Of a DNA stretch of 64,000 nt, positions 1-7,900 are shown one piece after another. Source of the stretch: Gemmataceae bacterium (lineage in GTDB: Bacteria; Planctomycetota; Planctomycetia; Gemmatales; Gemmataceae); contig JAXMAV010000033.1 in assembly GCA_046350255.1 (NCBI GenBank), positions 5,587-69,586 on the forward strand, in the 5' to 3' direction. A program made the translations under genes and the position numbers. A model generated the notes under the pieces. That model saw nothing but the letters and a program-made list of their open reading frames with translations, was not told the DNA's origin and made no database searches. Position 1 is the first letter of the stretch. Each line of letters opens with the position of its first letter.

Positions 1-3000
1 ACCCAGTCGCGCTCCAATGGTGGCAACATGACCTCCACCAGTTCCAGGGTGTAGCCAGCATGTTCGGGATGCCGGGCCAGAAGCCGTTCACAGCAGAGGC
101 GAGCCTGTCGGTACTCACTCTGGGCCAGATGTAATTGCCCCTGGCGGCGCAGTTGTTCTGACCAGTTGCGCAGAGCCCGGCTGGCCAGAAGAAGAAGTGG
201 GCCGTCCTCCTGCTGCTCGAGAACGACCCGGGCCAGGTTGGCCGCCTCTTCCCACCGAGCCTGGCCTGCCAGCGCCTGCAATCGGTCGGCCAGAGCCTCC
301 GAGATAAACAAGGTGGGATAGTGGGCCCCTTCCATGATCCGGACCTGGAACACGATGGTGTTCCAGCCTGAGTGGAGGGTCAAATGTGTCTGGGTACCGG
401 CGACAACAGGTTGACCATTGAGCCAGATCTTCACATCCTGGATCAGCCTGGTACTGAGGGCCACTGCGCGTTGGTCAGGAGCATACACGCGCAGCCGGGC
501 AAGGACGCGCACCGGTTTCTGGGGTGGCAGGTAGTTACTCAGCAATAACCAACCGTCTTCGCCTCCAGACACGCCCTTCCAGGGGCCCCCATCCCTGGTG
601 CTGATAGTGGGATCCATCTCTCCTGGCTGAAGTGTGGGCACAGGTGCCCCATCAGACGGTGATTCGGCCAGACACCAGCTAGCCACAAACAGTTTGGGTG
701 GAGCTTTCTCGTGCTGAGCAGCTGCCAGCCAGTCCGCAGCGGCGCTGTCCCACTGGCCCTGCTGGGCCCGAATTCGGGCGCGGAGTCGCAGGGCTGCTGC
801 CGGTGCGGGGCCCGTCTGACGAACCTGGAAACGCCGCTGCAGGCCGGGCAACAACTGGGCCGACGCTTCGGCCGCATACCCAGCAGTGGCGTCGTGGATG
901 CGCAGAGTTCCGTCCTGGCTGCCACTGGCCAGGCGAAAACCATCCGGGGACCAGCCCAGCGTGCGAACCCTGCGATCATGCCCCCGTACCGTCAAGGTTT
1001 CCTTGCACGCCAGCGTGTCCCAGATTTTGACCAGGTGGTCGTCCGAGCCACTGGCCAACCGGTTGCCATCGGGATGCCAGCTGAGCGCATTTACTGGTCC
1101 GGTATGACCACTCAGAACGCCCTTTTGCTCCCAGGTTTGCCCATCCCAGAGCAACACCGTTCCATCACTTCCACCCGAGGCCAGGGTAGAACCATCAGGG
1201 CTCCAGGCCACCGCCAGAACCGGGCCCGCGTGACCTGTCAGCGAAGCAACCTCCAGGCCACCCTCCACGTCCCACACCTTGAGGTGATCATCGCTGGCTG
1301 ACACCAGCAGGCGGTTGGGAGCCCAGGTGAGGGAATAGATGTTCCAGGCCTTGTGTCCCCGCAGCGTGGTGATCTCCTTGCCACTGCTGGTATCCCAGAC
1401 CCGAATGCCAAGGTGCCACCCCTCATTCACCGTGGCTAGATGCCGACCGTCATGACTCCAGGCCACCGCCGTGACCCGGTGGTCGAGAAAGCCTGGCCTG
1501 GCCACGGGCAAGGGAAGCAGTTCCTGGCCCAGGCGAGGATCCCAGATCTTGATGGTATGATCACCCGCCCAGCGCTGTTTCTGGGGAGAACTCGAACCAC
1601 TGGCCAGCCGGCCATCACCTGCCCAGGCCAGGGAGAGAATGTCTGCAGTGTGGCCCTGTAGACTCATCACCTGTTGACCAGTATCTGGATCCCAAAGGCG
1701 AACGACTGGCTCAGTCCCACCGCTGGCCAGCCTCTGACCATCGGGACTCCAGGCCAGGGCCCGCACCTCGCCCCCGTGCAACAGGGCAGGTAGGGCCTGG
1801 GGTGCCACCTGGATGTCCCACAATCGAACCGAGGCATCCTCGCTGGCGCTGGCCAGCAGGCGGCCATCGGGAGACCAGCAAACCGCTCGCACGGCTGACG
1901 TGTGACCGCGCAGTGAATCGAGTAACTGCCCCGTTCTAGAATTCCATACTCGAATGGTGTGATCGGCGCCTCCAGTGGCTAACCGGGAACCATCCGGATG
2001 CCAGCAGACCGTCCAGACCTTGTCGGGATGGCCGAGTACCTGGCACGCCTCCTTTCCCGTCCGAGGATCCCAGACGCGCACGGTCTGATCCTCAGAAGCA
2101 CTGGCGAGAAGTCGGCTGTCTGGAGACCAGCGCAAATCAAGGATGACAAGCTGGTGAGCGTTCACCAGCAATACTGTTTTCCCCGTGGCCACCTCGAGAA
2201 GGTGCACTTGGCCGCCATCACTGAAGGCGACCGTTTTGCCATCGGGACTCCAGTCAAGTGCCTGGGCCCAGGCCCGGCCAGGGATCTGCTGACTCCGGAG
2301 AAGCTGGTGTGTCGTCGCGTCCCACAGGCGGATCCAGCCTCCACCATCACCAGTGGCCAGCCGCCTACCATCGGGACTCCAGGCCACCCGCGCCACCTCG
2401 GATTGGTGACCAGTCATCACCGCCAGCAGTTGACCTGTGTCGGAGTCAACCAGGCGCAGGGTGCGGTCGGCACAGGCCAGCGCCAGGGTCCGACCATCGG
2501 GGCTCCAGGCCACGTCGCGCGGCCTGGTCTCGCCCCCGGAATGGAAGATCAGCGCCCGGGGTTGATACGCATCCCACACGCGCAGACCATCAGCTCTGGC
2601 CACGCTGGCCAGTCGTTTGCCATCCGCACAGAAGGCCAGGCCAACCACGGCATCGGAATGTCCGGAGAACGTGCGAAGAGCCCGGCGACCCAGGCCGTGC
2701 AGGTAATACCACTCCCAGCCGCGACGGTCTGTCTGACCAGCGGTGGGTAGCCAATGCACCAGTAATTCATGGACCCGGCGTAAACCGCCTGCCTGATCGG
2801 CCGCCTGCCCAGCCAGGATCATCTCGGCCTGGTAAAGGTTGCGCTGTACCACCTCGCGTGCCTGATCAGCCTTGGCCTTCTCGCGGATGGCTTCCTGCTC
2901 GTTGGCCTGGGCCAGGCTGGCGTTGTGCTCAGCCCGAACGGCGAGCCAGGTAGCCGTGGTCGTGCCTGCAAGCAGGGTGAAGACGAAGGCCAGAGCCAGA

Positions 3001-4205
3001 CCTGCCATGGCAGGATTACGTCTGCACCAGCGGAGACCTTTGCCCACGCCGCCAATGGGCCGAGCCAGAATGGTTCGGCCCTCACGGAATCGCCGCAGAT
3101 CATCAGCCAGCGCCGCCGCACTGGCGTAGCGTCCCTGTGGGTCCTTGTGCAGGCATTTCAGACAGATCGTTTCCAGGTCAACCGGCACTTCGGGTAGCAT
3201 TTGCCGGGGCGGCACGGGGTCATGGTGCACCACCTGCAGCAAGGTTTCCAGCGGAGTAGCAGCGCGAAACGGAGGCCGGCCAGTCAACAACTCGTAGAGT
3301 ATGGCTCCCAGTGAATAGATATCGGCGGCTGGTCCGACGTGCTTGTGTCCCTGGGCCTGCTCGGGGGCGGCGTAACTGGGAGTACCCAGGAAGGTGCCGG
3401 TATCCGTCAGGGAGGAGGCTCCGTCGAGACGTTTGGCCAGACCAAAATCAGTAATCTTGGGGATCCCGAATCGGTGCTCCTGCTGAAAGGCATTCTCTGT
3501 GGTGTCACTACCAGTCGAGCCGGAGGAAGACACTCCAGGAGCTTGCAGGAGCACATTGGCAGGCTTCAGGTCGCGATGGACGATGTCGCGTTCGTGGGCA
3601 TGCTGGATGGCTCTTGCCAGAATCTCTGCCAGGTCCGCAGCGATGGTGGCAGGTAGAGGATCGCCAGTCAAGCGCTCGGCCAGGCTACCTCCCTCGATGT
3701 ACTCCAAAGCCAGGTAGGGCAGGTCATGGTGCTGGCCCACCTCGTAGATCTGCACCAGATGCGGATGCGACATGCGCGCCGCCGCCTCTGCTTCCTGGAT
3801 AAACCGGGTCCGTTCCTGGGCGCTGGCCAATGTCCCAGCACGGAGTACCTTGAGTGCCACGAATCGGCCCAGCGAGAGATGCCGGGCCTTGAACACTACT
3901 CCAGCTCCACCCCGGCCCAGCACCGACAGAACCTGGTATCCGGCCGGCCAGGTAACCGGGGTTTCCGTTGCTGGCTGCAGTTCCGCCAGGGTATCGGCCA
4001 GGTGGATATAATCGGCCGCTGGCCGCAAATCCTCTTGAAGCCACTGACGCCAGCGAGGTAGTTGTTCGCCGTCGCTGAGTTCACCCAGGAGCCGCTGGCA
4101 GTCGCAACAACCTTCGAGGTGAAGATCCAACACATCACTCTCGGCAGCATCCATGGTGCCGGCGAGTAACAGTTGCAACTGTTCCAGAGGTGGGCAGTGA
4201 TTCAT
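1..4205 (-). CDS. Ser/Thr protein kinase with N-terminal zf-HC2 (ZAS-like) motif, one TM helix and 14 periplasmic WD40 repeats; 3' end runs off the window
   Basis: Absent from the ORF track because the minus-strand frame stays open to nt 1. Read by reverse complement from ATG 4205..4203: MNHCPPLEQLQLLLAGTMDAAESDVLDLHLEGCCDCQRLL... Hanks motifs: GRGGAGVVFKA, HRDLKPANVLL, DFGLAK, ADIYSLGAILYELLTGRPPF (~3300-3360). TM helix AMAGLALAFVFTLLAGTTTATWLAV (~2950-3020). Then 14 WD40 units, then a beta-rich and helical tail with no stop down to nt 1. Confidence 0.9.
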   Translation of the reverse strand, partial: MNHCPPLEQLQLLLAGTMDAAESDVLDLHLEGCCDCQRLLGELSDGEQLPRWRQWLQEDLRPAADYIHLADTLAELQPATETPVTWPAGYQVLSVLGRGGAGVVFKARHLSLGRFVALKVLRAGTLASAQERTRFIQEAEAAARMSHPHLVQIYEVGQHHDLPYLALEYIEGGSLAERLTGDPLPATIAADLAEILARAIQHAHERDIVHRDLKPANVLLQAPGVSSSGSTGSDTTENAFQQEHRFGIPKITDFGLAKRLDGASSLTDTGTFLGTPSYAAPEQAQGHKHVGPAADIYSLGAILYELLTGRPPFRAATPLETLLQVVHHDPVPPRQMLPEVPVDLETICLKCLHKDPQGRYASAAALADDLRRFREGRTILARPIGGVGKGLRWCRRNPAMAGLALAFVFTLLAGTTTATWLAVRAEHNASLAQANEQEAIREKAKADQAREVVQRNLYQAEMILAGQAADQAGGLRRVHELLVHWLPTAGQTDRRGWEWYYLHGLGRRALRTFSGHSDAVVGLAFCADGKRLASVARADGLRVWDAYQPRALIFHSGGETRPRDVAWSPDGRTLALACADRTLRLVDSDTGQLLAVMTGHQSEVARVAWSPDGRRLATGDGGGWIRLWDATTHQLLRSQQIPGRAWAQALDWSPDGKTVAFSDGGQVHLLEVATGKTVLLVNAHQLVILDLRWSPDSRLLASASEDQTVRVWDPRTGKEACQVLGHPDKVWTVCWHPDGSRLATGGADHTIRVWNSRTGQLLDSLRGHTSAVRAVCWSPDGRLLASASEDASVRLWDIQVAPQALPALLHGGEVRALAWSPDGQRLASGGTEPVVRLWDPDTGQQVMSLQGHTADILSLAWAGDGRLASGSSSPQKQRWAGDHTIKIWDPRLGQELLPLPVARPGFLDHRVTAVAWSHDGRHLATVNEGWHLGIRVWDTSSGKEITTLRGHKAWNIYSLTWAPNRLLVSASDDHLKVWDVEGGLEVASLTGHAGPVLAVAWSPDGSTLASGGSDGTVLLWDGQTWEQKGVLSGHTGPVNALSWHPDGNRLASGSDDHLVKIWDTLACKETLTVRGHDRRVRTLGWSPDGFRLASGSQDGTLRIHDATAGYAAEASAQLLPGLQRRFQVRQTGPAPAAALRLRARIRAQQGQWDSAAADWLAAAQHEKAPPKLFVASWCLAESPSDGAPVPTLQPGEMDPTISTRDGGPWKGVSGGEDGWLLLSNYLPPQKPVRVLARLRVYAPDQRAVALSTRLIQDVKIWLNGQPVVAGTQTHLTLHSGWNTIVFQVRIMEGAHYPTLFISEALADRLQALAGQARWEEAANLARVVLEQQEDGPLLLLASRALRNWSEQLRRQGQLHLAQSEYRQARLCCERLLARHPEHAGYTLELVEVMLPPLERDW
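890..2670 (-). repeat. Array of 14 WD40 repeats (enough for two 7-bladed propellers) inside the kinase gene
   Basis: Units such as GHTSAVRAVCWSPDGRLLASASEDASVRLWDIQ and GHTGPVNALSWHPDGNRLASGSDDHLVKIWDTL. I counted 14 units ending in [LVI]W[DN] or a degenerate equivalent. Confidence 0.85.
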
Positions 4206-4239
4206 ACCAGGTGAATGACTCTCGTCCGTGCAGAAGGGA

Positions 4240-4842
4240 TCAACCGTCGCCATCAAGTCTGCGGATTTCCTGTTCGATCATTTTCCGGACATTACTCCTG
4301 GCCACAAAGACATTGGCCACCTTCATTCCAAGTTGTTGAGCGACCTCGCTGCCAGATTTTTCTTCCAGGGCAGTCAGGCGGAAGGCGTCCCAGGTACTGG
4401 GCTGAACACGCAGCCGCACCCGTGCCATGGCCTGCTCCAGCAATTCGCGTTCACTTTCTTGCTCGACACACCGTAGCAAGTCGTCCCCTGCAGCCACCGA
4501 CAGCAATAGTTCTGCAGTGGCGGTGTCACCCGACCCCAGACCAGGCCGGCGGCGCGCCTCGATGAACTTGCACCAGGCCCGGTACGAGACAGTCTTCAGC
4601 CAGGCCCGGAAACTACCAGAGGGGTCGTAGCGAAAAGCAGCCATTTGCCGGGCCAGTTCTAGTAGCACCTGCTGAGTGACATCCTGAGCATCGGCCGGCT
4701 GTAGACCCCAGCGACGGCACCAGTTGTCGATCTGAGGAGCGTACCGGGTGACGAATTCTCCCCAGGCCAGCTGATCGGTCGGACTCCGGGCCAGTCGCCC
4801 CAGCAGAGTGGGACTGGTCGAGACGTCAGCAGGCTCTGCCAT
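4240..4842 (-). CDS. ECF-type RNA polymerase sigma-70 family factor
   Basis: 200-aa ORF. Region 2-like 'DAQDVTQQVLLELARQMAAFRYD'; region 4 HTH 'SGSEVAQQLGMKVANVFVARSNVRKMI'. Ends 34 nt upstream of the kinase start on the same strand. Confidence 0.85.
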   Translation of the reverse strand: MAEPADVSTSPTLLGRLARSPTDQLAWGEFVTRYAPQIDNWCRRWGLQPADAQDVTQQVLLELARQMAAFRYDPSGSFRAWLKTVSYRAWCKFIEARRRPGLGSGDTATAELLLSVAAGDDLLRCVEQESERELLEQAMARVRLRVQPSTWDAFRLTALEEKSGSEVAQQLGMKVANVFVARSNVRKMIEQEIRRLDGDG

Positions 4843-4940
4843 GCTCTCTGATGCTCCCGATGCCGATCAGTCTGGTGCCAGCGGTCCAATGATGGCCAGA
4901 CCTCCTTTCGTCATTGTAACTGGTTCGGAGCGAATGGTTG

Positions 4941-4982
4941 CAAAAACTCCCAGCGCCCTGGCACCGGCTGGTCCAGGGCGCC
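4941..4982 (-). terminator. Intrinsic terminator downstream of the giant NHL protein gene
   Basis: On the minus strand: GCGCCCTGG (4981..4973), 11-nt loop, CCAGGGCGC (4961..4953), then GGGAGTTTTTG. 9-bp GC stem plus T-tract. Confidence 0.5.
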
Positions 4983-4987
4983 TTCGC

Positions 4988-7900
4988 TCAGGCAAACGTC
5001 CAGCCAGAGTTATTCCCAGAGTTGCGGGACTGCGTGGCCCTGATCACCTGTGCTGCGGTGTTCCGGGCATCCTGCACATCCACCAAGGTCACATCAACGG
5101 TACCCAGCGGCTGGATCGTCCATGGAGTTGCCAGAACCGAGGATCGCAGACGCAACAACTGACCGGGGCTTCCTTTTAGGGTCAATCGGCCCGCCACCGT
5201 TTGCGTCGAGCCCGCCTCAAACGTCAAGGTGTCGGCAGTGGTAACGACCTTGGATAGATTGAAGAAGGTGGTGTTGCCCACCAGCCTCTGGTTGACCCCG
5301 ACAAACTGGACGGTACCCAGGCCGGCATTGAAGGTTCCTCCGCTGACAACCCAGTTCCCAGAGACCTTGAGCTGACTGGGGGCTGTCAAGGTTCCCCCAG
5401 TCAGAGCAACGTCGCGTACACTGATCACCCCAGCGAAGCCGGTAAACTGGCCACCAGATACGAGAAGCCTCTGACCAAGGCTCAGCGCGGTACTGCCGGC
5501 CAGGAAACTCCCGCCGGAAATGGTGGTTTGGCCCAGCACGGTGGTGGGGAACAGGCCGGCATCAAAGGTTCCACCCGCCACGGCAAGGTTGCCGCGGACA
5601 ACCAACCCAGCAGCAGAGCGGAAGGTCCCCAGCTGGATATTCTGGTCGGCGATTACCAGGTTGAAGTAGTCCGAGGCGCCAAAATCCTTGAGCAAGATGA
5701 TCTGACCGCTGTTGTTACCCAGGTATTCCCAGGTTCCCTGTCGGGTATCGTTACCGCCGAGCAACCGGACGCTCTCCGTTCCCAGTAGGGCCAGGGTTCC
5801 CTGGTTGGTCAAGGCGGCACTCACAGTCAGGGCCTGACCTGCAAGTCGGAGGCGGGTTCCACTGCGCAGAATGAGGTTTCGCACGACAGTCGCCGAGCTG
5901 AGTTGGGGCTGGATCGAACCCGGGTTAGCGATGATTACCGTGTCCGGATTGTTGGGAACCTGACCTCTGTCCCAGTTGGCTGCATCGTTCCAGTCAGAAG
6001 ATACCCCTCCCGTCCAGGTCAAGGTAGCAAGTGGGAAGACCCAGCCGATGTTGCGACCCGCGTTATGCGAATTGGCTGGCTGTACACTGACCGTGTTGAG
6101 GTTACGGCTATCCTGCACATCGACATTGGCTACCAGGGGAGTGCTTCTCGGGTTGATCAACCAGGAAATGCCCGGTTGTGAGGAACGGAGAAACAGAGGT
6201 GCTCCGGCGGCCCCGCGCAACGTAAGGATACTGTTGACGGTTTGCGTGCTCCCGGCCTCGAATGTAAGTGTGGCCCGGGAGGTAACGACCTTGGTCAGCT
6301 TGAAGAAGATGGTATTGCCAGAAATGCGCTGGTTGGCTCCAGTCATCACGACACTGCTGCCATTAGAAAGTAGCCGCCCAGTGCTTCCCCAGCTCCAGTC
6401 CCCGCCGAGTTGAAGGACACGGTTGGTGGCATCGATGTTGCCTGCCCCACTTGTGTTGCTCAATGACCCGGCGAGTTTGAGATCATCGACAAGACCAAGA
6501 GTACCCGTGCCGGTATGGCGCAGACTGGGCAACGCCTGGCCGCCACTGAGTATTTTTTGAGATGCGCTGGAGACGAAGATTACTGTGCCTGCCACAGAGG
6601 AAACCTGTCCTCCATTGTTGGACCAGTCTCCAGAGAGGGACAAAGTCGCGGGAATAATCATGGATGATCCGGCGGACAGTGCGACGCTGGTCGTGCTAAC
6701 CGGACCATTCCCACCTGCAAAGGAGCCGTTCACAACCAGGCCACCGGCAAAAATGTGTGTGGCAGTTCCACTGGTGAGGTTGCCATCAACCGTGGTAAGT
6801 CCTCCCACGTTAACAGGCTGATCTGCCGTGTCGATTTGGCCCAGCAGAATGCGGAGTTTGCCAGTCAATCGCAAACCACTGGATTGAAGGACAAGTTTGC
6901 CCAGGCCAGCCAGGGTCATGTTTGCAAAGGTCAGGCCTCCACTGTCGAAATGGTCAACACCACTGGTAGTGAACAGCAGGTTGACCGTCGATGCCTGGAT
7001 GTCGTTTGCGTGTGTTGTCAGGCTCCGTGCCAGTTGCAAATGCAGGGCGCCTCCCACGGATAGAGTTCCCGTTGTGGTCAGGCTGCTGGCACTGGCCAGA
7101 AACATGTTCCCGCCAATGGTGGAGGCGCCCAGCCGAGAAATGTCCACGTTGACTGCCTGGCTAAAAGAACCAACATCTCCCTGGGTCGTGATGACTACAC
7201 TGCCCGAACCGGTCACCACACCGTTACTGCCCGGCCCCGAGTTCACCTCGCGGATGCCTCCGGTCCCGGCTGTAAGACTGACAGAAATCGGGTTCCCCTG
7301 CAGAGCCGGCCCCCGGAAATTATCATCGAGGACGATTCCAGCCAAACTACTCAAGCTTTGCTGCACCACAATCGACCTGGCGTCCAGAGTGGCTGAGGTG
7401 AAGGTGATGGTGCCGGACTGGTTCACATCGCCCAGGGTAAACGTACCGGTAGTGCCAAAAGCTATGAGCTCGCTGTCCGTGAGATTGATCCCGGCGACAG
7501 CATTGTCGGCTCCACCGACACTCATGGGGCGAGAGAAAACAGACGAATGGATAGCCACGCTACCCAGGAATACTTTGCGTACAGCGCCGTCGCCCTGGTT
7601 GGAAACGTAGAGATTGCCCTGGGCATCAAATACCAGACCAGTAGGTGCGGCGAAGTCGTCGGAGAAGGTGGAAACGGTACCATTTGGTGATACCAGCCTA
7701 ATAATATTGTTGCCCACATCGGCCACATACAGGTTACCATGGGTGTCCACCGCCAGCCCCTGGGGAAACTGCAGGCCAGTGGCAAGTGTCGAAATGGTTC
7801 GTGCCGGTGTTACCCGACTGACAGTACCGTCACCGAAATTGGACACATAGAGGTTGCCCTGAGCATCAAAGGCCAGGCCGGTGGGTGAGGGCAGACCTGT

